Positions 12,787 to 27,338 of a stretch of DNA of 64,000 nucleotides are shown here, in pieces; the stretch's first letter is position 1, and every line of letters starts with the position of its first letter. This stretch comes from Octopus vulgaris. Its lineage: Eukaryota. Position numbers and translations under genes: made by a program. Under the pieces are notes generated by a model that was not told the origin of the DNA, did no database searches, and worked only from the letters and a program-made list of their open reading frames with translations. Location: the NCBI GenBank assembly GCA_951406725.2, contig OX597838.1, positions 28,458,001 to 28,522,000 on the forward strand, written 5' to 3'.

Positions 12787-14702
12787 AACAGTATGGAAAT
12801 AGTTGTACATGTTATAATGGAAGATTGTTAGCAAACAACATTGCTTGTATAATGGAGAGCCTTGTTTACAATTAGTGTGTGATTTCAGAACAGATACACA
12901 CACACTCACATATGCATGTTTGTGTGTTGGTGCTATGTAAAAAGCACCCAGTCTGTTCTGTAAAATGGTTGGCATTAGGAAAGGCATCCAGCTGTAGAAA
13001 CCCATGCCAAAGGGGAGAGCAGAGCTTGGTGCTGTCCTCTGGCTTACCAGCTCCTGTCGAACCATCCAACCCATACCAGCATGGAAGATGGCTGTTAAAT
13101 GATGATGATGGGCTCTTATTTCTTTACTGCCCACAGGGGGCTACACGCAGAGGGGACAAACAGACGAACAGATTAAGTTGATTAGATCGACCCCAGTGCA
13201 TCACTGGTACTTAATTTATCGACCCCGAAAGGATGAAAGGCAAAAGTCGGCCTCGGCGGAATTTGAACTCAGAACATAAAAACAGACAGAATACCTATTT
13301 CTTTACTACCCACATGGGGCTACACACAGAGGGGACAAACAAGGACAGACAAACGGATTAAGTCGATTATATCAACCCCAGTGCTTAACGGACAAACAAG
13401 GACAGACAAATGGATTAAGTTGATTATATTGACCCCAGTTCTTAACTTGTACTTATTTTATTAACCCCGAAAGGATGAAAGGCAAAGTCGACCTCAGCGG
13501 AGTTTGAACTCAGAACGTAAAGACAGACGAAATACTGCTAAGCATTTCACCCGGTGTGCTAACGTTTCTGCCAGCTTGCCACTTCATTCCTTTCTGTTTC
13601 TGTCTATCAAAGCCACTCACAAGGCTCTCGTTGGCCTGGATCTGTTTTAGAAGTGTCTTCTACTGCTGTATGCTACGTGGTGCTGAAATCTACTTCTCAA
13701 CCACACAGCCATCCCTACTTACACATACACACACATTTATATACAGACACCCATTTACACGTACGTGTGTGTACAAGTGTGCACGTGACACAATCTCCTG
13801 TTGACGTATTCTGCATATCTAATTGGATTCATTGAATACTCAGCAAATACCTTCTGTTCAGAATATATAATTTCTTTTATATTGATTTAGAGCAGAACAT
13901 CTATTTTTTTTTTCTTTTTAGCTTCAGTTGATGGGTCGATGGTTGTTTGATCAAATACTGTAAGACCTCACTTATATAATATAGTGAGTCGAAAAGCCTC
14001 AATCTACACGGGGGTGTTTAACTGTTAAAAAACAAGAAGGGAAGTAACTCCATTAAGCTCAGTTGATTGAAATGTTTGTACATTATGGACCAGTGGCTCC
14101 AAATCGATTTTCACCAACAGACCTTTTTGGTTCCTATCTTTGTGTGGACCCTCAGACCCATTCAATGTTTAAAAAATCCTATTATATTTTAATAATTAAA
14201 TATTATTAGGAATTGTGCAACTAACAACATCCAGCCTATCACACCTACCCTACAATGTCATTCTGAAAATAACAATTATATCATTGAAATCTCAAAGCTA
14301 TGAGATAATGTATGATTAATTCAAAACAATGTGAATAAATAAGCTTTACATTTGACAGAGTAATCTGAATTCTAAAGGGTTAAATCTCCTCTACAAAACC
14401 ATTTCTATTTGCTTGGCAAGACACTTTGTTTCTTTCACCAACTCACTTTAAGGCCAGATCCATCTTGTTCTGTATGTATTACTCTGTTACTTGTTTCAGT
14501 CCAGTGTTTGGACTGTGGCCATGCTAGAGCGCCACCTTGAAGGGGTTTAATCGAACAAATCGACCCCAGGACTTCTCCTTTTTTGTAAGCCCAATACTTA
14601 CTCTATTGATCACTTTTGCCAAACCACTAACTTACAGGGACGTAAACACACCAACATCAGTTGTCAAGCGATGGTTGAGGGACAAACACAGACAGAAATA
14701 CA

Positions 14703-14758
<56 letters not shown>

Positions 14759-16457
14759 ACGGTTCTTTTTTCAGTTTCTGTCTACCAAATCCAACCACAA
14801 GGCTTTTGATTGACCCAAGGCTATTGTAGAAAACACTTGCCGAAGGTGCCATGCAGTGGGACTGAACCTGGAACCATGTGGTTGGGAAGCAAGCTTCTTA
14901 CCACACAGCCACATCGGTGCCTCTTGTTGATTAGCTAACTGATGTTAAATGTTATCTCTCTCGGTTGTTGTTTTTAGATTTTAGATTTCCCCTTGAGGGA
15001 GTTTTCGTCTGTTAAATGTGTGGAGGTATGGGCTTTGTGGTTAAGAAGCTCACTTTGTAACTATGTGCTCTATTCTCCTCTCTCCGTGCCACTGATATTG
15101 TCCAAGGGAAAGCCCGAGGCCAATACAGCTTGGCACAAGTGACATCGCAACTCATTTCTACATTTGAGTGAACTGGGGCAACGTGAAATAAAGCGTCTTG
15201 CTCAAGAACACCACACACAGCCCAGTCTAAGAATCAAACTTACTACCTCACAATTGTAAGTCTGATACACTAACCACTGAGCCATGCACTCCTCTCTCTC
15301 TCTCACACACACACACATTGTTTGTGTGTATTCAGTATATCACTACATCCATTAGAAATAGCAGCCAAGTTTCCCTTAAATCACTATATCATAAACACAA
15401 TATCATAAACAAAGAAGACTCTTTAGATAAGGCATTCCTACGTACTGGAAAGCCTTTGATTGTAAGGTTTGCTCAGCAAAGATTGACCTAGGGCTAAATG
15501 GCAACAGCCAGAGAAAAAGAGGTGTATGGGTGTGTATACATGTGTGTGATATGAATACATGAACTTGATTACAAACCCAGAACTAAGGCTGTGAACAGTC
15601 AGCATAATGATTGCCTGTAATTATCAGCAGGTTGCCAGGGAGAGAGAGAGATAGAGAGATACAAACAGACAGACAGAGGCAATTGTCTTGCCACGGATCA
15701 CAAAACAAATAGCCTGATTGTTATTCTATTACTTGGCAAGAGGGACATCAATAAATTGACAATTGAACAGGCTGGAAAGGTTCAAGATAAAAGAGACAGG
15801 AGCAACAGTTTTTTTACAACCCAGCCAAGCAGGCTCTGCACGTCAACCAGATGGACAATCAATATTAATGATAATGAGCAGGATGATAAAAGCCAGGGGT
15901 GGTAGGGGTTGAGTACTGATTATAATTGATGAAGACACACGTGTGAATTGGCTCATCAACCTGGCAACGAGGTTTTTATCTGTTCAACTGATTCCGTTCC
16001 GTCACCAATATGGTGGAAAGACAGCAATAACCCCAGGAGGTGAGGTGGGCATCTTGCCTATTAAATACGGATAAAGGAAAGGCTCTCACCCATGAAATAC
16101 AATCAGTTGGTCAACTGAGATCATCTTCTATCTTTGTTCCAGTTATTGGACTGTGGCTATACTGGAACACTCAATTAAAAGATTTACTCAAACAAATCAA
16201 GATCAGTTTACTTTTTTTTTTTTCAAAGTCTGGTACTTATTCTATTGGTATGTTTTGCTGAACTACTAAGTTACAGTGATGTAAACAAACCAACACTGGA
16301 TGTCATATGGTCTGTGTGTGTGAAGGCACATGAATTTCTTAAAATATTCAATTCAATGTTGACTTTCTGAGTTTTGTTTGTTTGTTTGTTTGATTTTTTT
16401 TCTCTTTTTTTAATTTTTTACATTTAACTAAGTTTTGTTTTTGCTTTTATTTTCCAG

Positions 16458-16492
16458 GTCATTGTTATAGTTCACTTTATTTTGACAGTATG
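16458..16492 (+). CDS. AGTRAP: AGTRAP orthologue, first visible coding exon (VIVIVHFILTV-W, 35 nt, phase 0 to 2)
   Basis: Acceptor ttttattttccag, donor TG|gtgagt; peptide resembles the recalled human AGTRAP segment VILLGHWLLTTW. Confidence 0.9.
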
Positions 16493-16588
16493 GTGAGTAA
16501 ACAGCTTTTACTATCACTAAGATAAGGTTTTCGATTTAGCTTTAGCTCAAGGACACCACAAATTTGCGAAAGAAAGGGAAATAGCATT

Positions 16589-16619
<31 letters not shown>

Positions 16620-16809
16620 TTTTTGTCATATTGACCTTGTAGAAGACTACACCAGGCTAAAACAGACACTGTAGCCTGGGATAGTCTTCTGCCTGGTCAG
16701 CGCTTGTCAAACCATCCAACCCATGCCAGCATGGAAAACAGACCTTGAATGATGATGATATGTTATTAGAATCCAGAATCACAAGATGGGGGTTCCTCAA
16801 GCTGGGCCG

Positions 16810-17680
16810 ACTCACATGGGACCTAAGGGTAGATGAGGAACAAAATGGATGGATAATATCCATAGCCTCAGGTAGGGTGGGAATCTAGCAGGAAATGGCA
16901 GTTGCTTCTTATAAAACACTATGGAAGGAGATACCTGAATATTGTACCCTTTGACTGTCAGAAGACCTAGGGGTGGACCAAGAATGAGAGGGCTGGATAA
17001 TGTGCATAGTCTGGGTTGGTCATGCTTGGGGATCCAGCAGTGTAATGACAGTTGCTTCTGGTAAGACATTATGGAGGAGATACCTGAAGACTCTACCCTT
17101 TGACTGTCAGAAGACCTAGGGGTGGACCAAGAATGAGAGGGCTGGATAATGTCCATAGTCTGGGTTGGTCATGCTTGGGGATCCAGCTGTGTAATGACAG
17201 TTGCTTCTGGTAAGACATTATGGAGGAGGTACCTGAAGACTCTACCCTTTGACTGTCAGAAGATCTAGGGGTGGACCAAGAATGAGAGGGCTGGATAATG
17301 TCCATAGTCTGGGTTGGTCATGCTTGGGGATCCAGCAGGAAAGTGTAAATACAGTTGTTTCTGGTAAGACATTATGGAGGAGGTACCTGAAGACTCTACC
17401 CTTTGACTGGTAGAAGACCAAGGGGTGGACCAAGAATGAGAGGGTTGGATAATATCCATAGACTGAGTTGGTCATGCTTGGAGATCCAGCAGGAAAATGT
17501 AATGATGGTTGCTTCTGATAAAACACTATGGAGGAGATAGCTGAATATTGTACCCTTTGACTGGCAGGAGACCTGGAGATGGACCAGAATGAGTTGGTTG
17601 GTTAATGGCCTTAGTTTTAGTTGGTCATGTTTTGGAATCTAACAGGAAAGTGCAATGACATTTGCTTCTATTAGGACCCT
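16810..17680 (+). repeat. Tandem array (5-6 units of about 149-155 bp) derived from the RTE 3' end
   Basis: gaagacctaggggtggaccaagaatgagaggg recurs near 16961, 17110, 17259, 17412 and 17567; matches 35035-35290. Confidence 0.88.
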
Positions 17681-20600
17681 GGGGTTGATAGAATAAGTAC
17701 TGTCCAGTTAAATACTGCCCCCCCCCCCCAGTGTAATCCGTTTCTTTATTACCCACAAGGGACTAAACATAGAGGGGACAAACAAGGACAGACAAACGGA
17801 TTAAGTCGATTACATCGACCCCAGTGCGTAACTGGTACTAAATTTATCGACCCCAAAAGGATGAAAGGCAAAGTCGAGCTTGGCGGAATTTGAACTCAGA
17901 ACGTAACGGCAGACCAAATACGGCTACGCATTTCGCCCGGCGTGGTAACGTTTCTGCCAGCTCGCCGCCTTCTGCCAGCTCGCCCACCCACCCTCTGTGT
18001 AATCGGCTCCACTCCAACCCTCACCCCGAAATTGCTGGCCTTCTGCCAAAATTTCAAACCAATATGATATGTATCCCTTCTTAAACATGGACATTCTATT
18101 GTAAACAAACTTTATACTGTGACAGTTGCTATGAGAGAAACTCTCACATTGGCTTTTTGGTTCAAAATGCTCTTTGGCATTTTTATGTCTCTAGCAATAT
18201 AAAAAAAAAAAAGCCAGGGTGAGAATTTCTGTCATGGCAACTGCCACAGGAAAGTTTGCTCTAATAAAACATCCATGCTTAAGTGGTTAACTAACACTGC
18301 CTCTGTTGCCAATGTATATTTTTTTAACACGCCTATGGGGAATGTATCTGATGACTCTAACCTCCACCCACTGACGACCCTCCTGGGTTGGGGATAGAGG
18401 GGGGGAGAAAATAGAGCGGGTGGTGGGGCGGAACTGATGTCAGTATTATATTAATGTTTGTTTTATTGACTCTGGTTGACCTCTCAGATCTTTGAAGACA
18501 CAGTGGTATGGGTGGGTGGGGTGGGGGTCTGACTGAGGAGGGTGGTGGTGGTGGTGTCACTAGCAGAGAGGGAGAGAGAAAAAAAGAGGGAGTCTAGAGA
18601 GAGTATTGTGCAACTAAGATGACAAGGATAATGGTGTGTGAGTGAGACACAGAAAGAGGTGCGTTTGGGTGTACAAATGTGGGAAAAAGAATTTGGAACA
18701 TGAAGGAACTTTGCAAGGCCAGGAATTTTGAGGGGAGGTGCTTAGCCAATATCATTGACTCTAGTACTCAACTGTGGGACACCTTGGGCAAGTGTGTTCT
18801 ATTATAGCTTCAGATCAACCAAAACCTTGTGCATAGATGCATAGATTTCATCATCATCATCATTTAGCATCATGGAAACTGAAAGAAGCCCATCTTATAT
18901 ATATATATAGTTGGAATTTATAGAAAAACAAAAGATGAAGACAGGTGTATAAAGAACAAGCAGGTGTATTAATTTGATGCTCAGGAAAGTGAGAAAGTCT
19001 TTTATATTTCGAGCCTATGCTCTTCAACAGAAATAAACATGGGGAAATAGAGAGAGAAAATTTTTTAAATTGTGGATTTAGTGATCAGTTATAGCAACTG
19101 ATTATATATATATATATATATATATCTGTGTGTGTGTCTTTGTGTCTGTGTTTGTTTCCCATCACTACTTGACAACTGGTGTTGGTGTGTTTATATCCCC
19201 ATAACTTAGTGGTTCAACAAACGAGACTGACAAAATAAATACTAGGCTTTAAAAAAAGACCTGGAGCCAATTTGTTTGACTAAAAACCCTTCAAGGCAGT
19301 GCTCCTACATGGCCACAGTCAAATGACTGAAACACATAAAAGAAAAACAGAATGTGTGTGTATGTTCATAGATAGCTCTGGATGTAGATGTTATACTCAC
19401 AAACATAAACACATGTTTGCATGTATTGTGTATTGAAATTAAACTAATCCGGTTGAGTAATTTTTAACAAGCTTCGCTCATCTTTCATCCAATTAACTGA
19501 CATTAAAATTTCTTTCAATCCAACTCTTTGGTTGACCTGTTTAAGCAAACCAGGTAATGTATAGGCCTAACATCTGCTTCAATAGAGCAAATCTACGGCA
19601 CTAGCTGTCGATTGTGATGGTAGGATGAACTCTGAAAGAGATTTAGCTGCCAATTCTAGCTGGTCAGACTTCCATTTTGAGGTTCTGACACTGACATAAA
19701 AATTTTACCAAAGAAATACCAATGTGTTGATTGTTTATCTGGGCCACTCCTACACCCATGTCTTATTTCTGACTATCAACAACAGACTGCCAATTGACAA
19801 ACACTTCCAGCTATACAAACATTGTTGCTGAGCCTGTTGTTAAACTAGTTTAGGGAAAATAACTTGCATTGTGTTTGTTTTCATGTGTGGAAGTTAACCT
19901 GAATTACCTATCTATTAGTATCAAGTTTATCATATTTTTGTTGTGTGTGTGTGTGTTATCATCATCGTCATTGTTTAATGTCTGTCTTCCATGCATGGGT
20001 AGGATGGTTGACAGGAGCTGGCCAGGTAGAAAACTACCTCAGGCTACTGTGTCTGTTTTGTTAGGGTTTTTTGCAGCTGGATGCCCTTCCTAACACCAAT
20101 CATTCTGCAGAGTGGACTGAGTGCTTTTTACGTAGCATCAACACTATTTTATATCTACCTTCCATGCTACCATGGTTGACAGAATTTGATGCATTGGATG
20201 ATAGCATTGTGTTTTGTGATCTCTATCTACATAAAGACTTATTTCTAACCAGATATCTCTCCTACAGTTAGCTCACTAGGAAGACTGCATCAATTCATAT
20301 TTCTTCGTGGGACAAAGCCAAACTGCATCTCTTCTAAGCTAATCTTATTCCTAATCTATTTTACAATAACTCTATAATTTTCATGACCTCCTCTGGCAAT
20401 TTGATGATTCTGTAGTTTTCTCTCTCTACTGGATTGCATTTTCTTTTCCTTCACAACAGTAGACTGGAGAAATGTAAAATGGAGTGCCTTGCTTAAGGAT
20501 GTGATGTATCACCCAGTCCAGGACTTGAGCTGCTGACCTTATGATTATGAACCCAACACCCTAACTACTAGGCCACATGCCTCTGTGTGTGTGTGGGGGG

Positions 20601-22346
20601 GGGGGTCTGAAAAAAGAAAAAATGTCATGGTTGGTCATGGCCAGAATGTCTTTTATTATAGGTCTTCTGTTCAATTAGGACCAAACAACAGCTGCCATTG
20701 CTCACTGTTTTAAGATCTTATTGCATTATTTGAGAGAGAGAGAGAGAGCAAGATTTGACGCTAAGCAACAACAGCAATGACTACATGAAACTACTGGAGG
20801 AAGGGTAGTCAAAAAAAAAACTCCAAAAACACGTGTATTTAACCCTTTCAAGACTGCTGGGGCTCATATGTCCCTCGAGTCAAACCTAAAAACTTAATGG
20901 GGGGGAAATGTATCCCCCTAAAAAAATCATATTGATTCAGATTTGACTTTTGAGACATGTATAACTAACTTTGCTCTTTTACTTGTTTAAGTCATTTGAC
21001 TGTGGCTCTGCCTTGAAGGGTTTTACTCCAACAGTTCAACCTCAGTACTTTCATTTAAGTTAGGTATTTATTTTGTTGGTCTCTTTTGCCTAACTGCTAA
21101 GTTACAGAGATGTAAGCAAGCCAACACCAGTTATCAAGTGGTGGTGGTGGTGGGGAACAAACAAGCACACACACTTACGTGCACACACACACACACACAT
21201 ACGTGTGTGTACAAATGTGGCTGTGTGGTTAAGAAGCTTACTTCTCAGTCATGTGGTCTTGGGTTCAGTCCCATTGTGTGGCACCTTGGACATGTGTTTT
21301 CTAACATAGTCCCTGGCCCAAAACTGAAAAGAAGCCTAATTGTGTGTGTTTAGTGCTAAAAGACGAATGATTTATCTCAAAGTTAATAATAGTCATTAAG
21401 TTAAAACCAAGAAGATAATAGCACATAATTTGATAAATACATAATGGTTAGTACTATATGATGTAATTAATAATAATGTAGTTACCTAGTAATTAGTTGA
21501 TGTGGGGTTTGGGTTATATTAACAGGGGCGAGTGGATTTATCTGGTATTGAGGGATTTGGAGTCTAGAGAACCAAAGAAGGGTCTGTAAATATCTGACAG
21601 TCACCTTTAAAAAAATATATATAAATAAATAAAACTAGCCCCTTGAATTTTGAGAGTGACCCCAAAACAATTTTTTTCTATTTTGCCAAAATTTCTCTTG
21701 GAAGCCTCTTACCTGTCCATGGGATGGGTTTGTTTCTCTTTGAAATGTCTAATTGGTCTTTGATCCTTTGCTTGCCCTTGTCCTCCTTCTCATCATCATG
21801 TAACATCTGCTTCCCATATTGTTGTTGTTGTTATTAAGCAACAAGACTGGTAAGGGTGATTAGGTGATGGTCTAGGGCTTAGGGGCGGGAGACCCCGACC
21901 TTGGAAAAAAAACAAACTTTGGTGGTCTTGTAGTTGAGGGCTCTTCGTTGACGCCTGACACCACTGGGAGGTGGCCCTTGAAGTCGCTGGAAATGGAGAT
22001 CTCCAGGTCCAAATTCTTGAACGGCTGCTTTCCATTCTGGTATGGATTGGATGGTTTGACTGATGGTGAGGGCTGCACTAGGTTCCTATCTGATTTGGCA
22101 GGGTTTCTATGGCTGGATGCCCTTCCTAACACCAACCACTCTGATAGTGTAGTGGGTGTTTTTCATGTGCCACCAGCAGCCTGGGTGCCATTGACCTGAT
22201 AATGCACTTTCCCAACTATTTTCAATCACCAAAGTAACTTGGGACTTTTGAAAAGAAAACTTTATATTACTCAGAACATACGAAACAAAACCTAACTAAA
22301 AGTTTGACAACAAGCATGGATGTTTAGGACAAACATATGAAAATGA

Positions 22347-22723
22347 CTAGCAGTATCGCCCGGCGTTGCTCGGGTTTGTTTCGACCCTTTAGAATTGGAA
22401 TTTTTGAAAAGTAAAAAATTTGCATTATGTAGCTTGTTATTCTCTTTAAGTGAACATTTTTCTGGTTGAAATACACCGATAAATGGCAACACAGCAGTAA
22501 AAAAATTGTTAAAAAAATAGGGATTTTTCATAGAAAAAAAGCACCTTTTTGATGTAAATAATTTTTGGTGTTAACATTGTCCGAAAGAAGAGCAAGCCTT
22601 CTTTTATCACACTCTCAATTTTGGTCAACTTGCGCCGCAGGGTCTCGGAGGAGATAGTATTAGTTGAAGGCTACCAAACCTGCCATACACACACAGAAAA
22701 CTTCAGCTTTATATATAGAGAGA
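22347..22723 (-). mobile_element. Non-autonomous Helitron
   Basis: Minus strand begins A|TCTCTCTATATATAAAG and ends with hairpin cccgagcaacgccggg then CTAG|T; no TSD. Confidence 0.85.
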
Positions 22724-22813
22724 TTTTGGATAGGTTAAAGGTTAAATATTTGATATCGTTTATGAATTCTGCCTGTGTACTTTAATACATTGGTGTCTTG
22801 TTTTGATTTCCAG

Positions 22814-22928
22814 GGCTTCGATGCCAGCCAGCTTTTTACCATTTTCCTATACATACATGAATGCCTTTGTCTTGGCATTTGGAGTTTGGGGAATTGTCAA
22901 CCAGGAATCTACAGATGCCATTAGTATG
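22814..22928 (+). CDS. AGTRAP: AGTRAP coding exon (W-ASMPASFLPFSYTYMNAFVLAFGVWGIVNQESTDAISM)
   Basis: gatttccag acceptor, ATG|gtaagt donor, phase matches previous exon; resembles human SYAWANFTILALGVWAVAQRDSIDAISM. Confidence 0.95.
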
Positions 22929-23281
22929 GTAAGTTAAAAGTCAACAGCAATTTTATGCCTTCATTTCATCTCTTGCACTTGACAGTCGGTGTTCTGTTAT
23001 CTGGCAGAGGCTGAGTTCAAATCTACCTTCGGTCACTGTTTGAAAACAAATGATCTTCACTACTCTTTTACTCTTTTACTTGTTTCAGTCATTTGACTGC
23101 AGCCATGCTGGAGCACCGCCTTTAGTCAAGCAAATCGACCCCGGGACTTATTCTTTTGTAAGCCCAGTACTTATTCTATCGGTCTCTTTTGCCGAACCGC
23201 TAAGTGACGGGGACGTAAACACACCAGCATCGGTTGTTAAGCGATGTTGGGGGGACAAACAGTGACACACAAACACACACA

Positions 23282-23329
<48 letters not shown>

Positions 23330-23754
23330 TATGACGGGCTTCTTTCAGTTTCCGTCTACCAAATCCACTCACAAGGCTTTGGTTGGCCCGAGGCTATAGT
23401 AGAAGACACTTGCCCAAGGTGCCACGCAGTGGGACTGAACCCGGAACCATGTGGTTGGTAAACAAGCTACTTACCACACAGCCACTCCTGAGCTTATTTT
23501 TCTTTAGATTGTGGCTCAATTCGTTTTATCAGGGGTTCTACTGAACCTTTACCAATATTTTACAGACAATTTCCACCACTGTCCTAACTTTAATCAACAT
23601 TTATTCTATCATCATTACCATTTAACATCCATTTTCCATGCTGTCATGGGTCGGATGATTCCAAAGAAGCTGGCGAGTCAGAGAACTGCAGCTAGTTCTA
23701 CAGTTTGCTTTGGCATGGTTTTTCTTTAGCCAGATGCTCTTCCCAATAATAATA

Positions 23755-23895
23755 TAAGGTTGTCCCAAAAGTTCATAGAAAGTTTTGGAAAATAATGGTC
23801 TTTATTTTGAGGAATAATTTTTGTTGTTTTTGTTAGTACTTGGCGAGTAAAAATTCAATTTCCGCAAGTGTTTACGAACTTTTGGGACAACCTAA
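23755..23895. mobile_element. Tc1/mariner-type MITE
   Basis: TIRs aggttgtcccaaaagttc / gaacttttgggacaacct flanked by TA. Confidence 0.75.
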
Positions 23896-23942
23896 TAGTT
23901 GACTTGCTTCATTAATAGATATTTATCTCTTTCTCTTTTCAG

Positions 23943-24036
23943 TTTTTAATATTGAAAATATTTACTATAATTCAAGACATTGTTTTCTTGGGTATCTATC
24001 AACCAAGGGCCTATGCAGATAATGGAAAATCTTCAG
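23943..24036 (+). CDS. AGTRAP: AGTRAP coding exon (FLILKIFTIIQDIVFLGIYQPRAYADNGKSS), ends at a GC donor
   Basis: Strong polypyrimidine acceptor ctctttctcttttcag; resembles human FLGGLLATIFLDIVHISIFYPR; donor CAG|gcaagt, phase 1 as needed by the next exon. Confidence 0.9.
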
Positions 24037-26316
24037 GCAAGTATAATTTAATATCTTTTACTCTCTTTTACTTGTTTCAGCCATTTGACTGCAGCCATGC
24101 TGGAGCACTGCCTTTAGTCGAGCAAATCGACTCCCAGGACTTATTCTTTGTAAGCCTAGTACTTATTCTATTGGGATCTTTTTGCTGAACCTCTAAGCTA
24201 CGGGAACGTAAACACACCAGCATCGGTTGTCAAGCGATGTTGCGGGACAAACGCAGACACACAAACACACACACACATATACGACAGGCTTCTTTCTGTT
24301 TCCGTCTACCAAATCCACTCACAAGGATTTGGTCGGCCCAAGGCTATAGTAGAAGACACTCGCCCAAGGTGCCATGCAGTAGGACTGAACCCGGAACCAT
24401 GTGGTTCGTAAGCAAGCTACTTACCACACAGATGCTCCTGCATATTCTGTGCAAGTTAAGAGTGAAGAGTGAACATTTTCTGCCTTGTATTGGCTATAGA
24501 AAATAGCCTAATATTAGGGCATATAAACCCCTGAGAGAAACAAAAAGAGCATTATTGCACACATACGAATGCCCTTTTTTCCTTTCTCATCAGGGGTTTA
24601 TATTCTCTTACAGATTATTTTCTGTAGTCTAAATACAATGAAAACGTATTTATAAAGATATCTATATATTTCAGTTTATTCTTGTCTAACAAGTACCTTG
24701 CTTTGAAATGGCATGTTGAAACAAACCATTCTTCACGTGGGAGCAGTGTTTTAATTATTTTAAAAACATGTAAAAAAAATTTTTTTGGGGGGAAATGACA
24801 AAATTTTCATTGCCGTGACCAGTTTGTAGTTATGCAACAAAAATATCAACATCTCATAAAGTAAATTGAAATTAATTGAAATTAAAATAAATTGACAATT
24901 TTTGTGTATCTTTCAGGTTTAGTTCCACTGCATTACACTTTGGGCAAGTGTTTTCTTCTGTAGCCCTGGGCTAACCAAAGGCTTGTGAGTGGATTAAATA
25001 GACAGAAACTAAGAGAACCTCATCATACATATATATGTAGTGTGTGCTCTTGTCCTGACATCATACAATGGTTGTAAATGAACATCACTGTCATACAAGT
25101 GAGGTTTCCAGTCTACTGTGAAAAACATGTGGGGCCATGAGGTTATACTACCTTACTTGGAAACAGGTGAGGGTGCAACAAGAAGGGTATCCACTGCAGA
25201 AAATTTGTCTCAATTCCACCAGACTCATGCAAGCATGGAAAAATGCACAATAAACAGAATGATTATATATATATATGGGTATACGAGGGGGTGTTGAAAA
25301 CTTCCTGGTTTTAAGGGTTATCTTGAAAGGCCTGGTTAGAGGCCCAAATTTCTGACCTCTTTTACAGGGCTTAGAAAAACTGAAGGACCACTGCAATAAG
25401 TGTATGAATTTGAGAGGGGAATATGTTCAATGAAATCATAATTAACTGATCCTTCTGTATTTTGTGTGTGTGTGTGTGTTCATGTGTTTAAAATTCTTTA
25501 AAAAGAATGGTAGGCGCGGGCATGGCTGTGTGGTTAGGGAGCTTGCTTCCTAGCTACATGGTTTCGGGTTCAGTCCCACTGCGTGGCACTTTGGGTAGGT
25601 GTCTTTCACTATAGCCCCGAGCCGACCGGAGCTTTGTGATTGAATTCGGTAGGTGGAAGTTACTGCCGTGTGTGTATGTGTGCGTATAGATGCTCAGTGC
25701 CTCTCCGAAAGAGAGAGAGGTTTGACAGTAATTTTTGAAATTTCAGCTTGCTAAGCTATCATCAGACTATCCAATGGTGGCTTGGCTGGTTGAAACTTCA
25801 AAGTCACTATCAGTACAATTCTTATTAGAGAATAATAAATCTGTACCCTACAAAAGTATGAAGTAACCCTTCAGATTAAAGGCATGTAGAAAGCGCCATT
25901 TGAGCATGGCCAATACCAGTGTCACCTGACTGGCAGCCGTGCCGGTGCCCCATAAAAAGCACCACATTCATGCATGGCCAATACCAGTGCTGCCTGACTG
26001 GCACTTGTACTGGTGGCCTGTAAAAAGCCCCATTCGAGCATGGCTGATGCCAGTGCCACCTTACTGGCACTCATGCTGGTGGCATGTAAAAAGCACCATT
26101 CAAGTGTGGCCAACGTGGGTGCTGCCTGACTGGCTCCTGTACCAGTGGCACGTAAAAAGCATCCGCTATTCTCTCAAAGTGGTTGGTGTTAGTAAGGACA
26201 TCCTGATGTAGATACTTTGCCAAATCAGATTGGAGCCTAGTGCTGCAGCCTCCTGCCGAGCCAGTCCTCAGTCAAACCATTCAACCCATGCCAGCATGGA
26301 AAGACAATGATGATGA

Positions 26317-26369
<53 letters not shown>

Positions 26370-26610
26370 ATATAATATGTGACAATTATTCAATAGCCAA
26401 AATAAAACTGAGTTTCGGATGCCGAGGTGGATATCCACAACACCATCTTGGTTAACCAAAGAGATGGTGTTGTGGATTTCCACCTCAGCATCCGAAACTC
26501 AGAGTTTTATCTTGGCTATTGAATAAGTGTCACATATTATTTTAGATAAATTTCTTCTATTTACATAATATTGAGGTCTCTTTCTTTCTGTTGTTATCTT
26601 ACCGTTTTTA

Positions 26611-26615
<5 letters not shown>
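26370..26615. mobile_element. Palindromic Penelope-like remnant between (TA)n tracts
   Basis: Inverted arms centred near 26452; gaaactcagagtt motif resembles a hammerhead 3' half; similar motif in the palindrome at 54311-54406. Confidence 0.5.
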
Positions 26616-26658
<43 letters not shown>

Positions 26659-27011
26659 AGAGAACAAGGTGTACGTTACGCCGCAATAATATATGTATAA
26701 AAATTACATATAAAAATACAAAATGGGACAAGAACGCAAAACACACAGAGACGACACAAAAAACGGACGGGTCATTCGAAGCCTCTAATCTTCAGTCAGG
26801 AACCGGATCATCCTAGCAATTTCAGCTGATTCTTTGTGTTTTACGTTCTTGTCCCATTTTGTATTTTTATATATAATTTTTATACATATATATTTATATA
26901 TGTATGAGCTTGGTGCAGCCTTCCAGCATGCCATCCCAGTCAAACCATCCAACCCATGCCAGCATGGACAACGGAAGTTAAATGATGATACACACACATA
27001 TATACACACAA

Positions 27012-27052
<41 letters not shown>

Positions 27053-27338
27053 TATATATGTAAAACAAACGATAGAGAAAAAAAATGGAATACACGGGGA
27101 AACTTTATCGCTCGCAAAGATCGGTTCAACACCTCCTACATCGATCCCTCGTAGGTGGGAAACTATGCAGCTAGCTGTGGTGCATCTCACAGCGCAGATG
27201 CATCCCGTCAGGTGATTATAATAAGGGGTATCTCGTTAAATGAACTATGCTTCACTCGGATTTAATACATGTTGTGTCTGTCAGCTAAGGCTGTTAGTCC
27301 CATGCATTATATATATTGACGCTGAGATAATAGAAGCA

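Noticed and set aside
24520-24605. Hammerhead in a short palindrome containing CTGATGA on the minus strand
   Set aside because: Only the 5' half is present; no properly placed GAAA, stem III or closing stem I.
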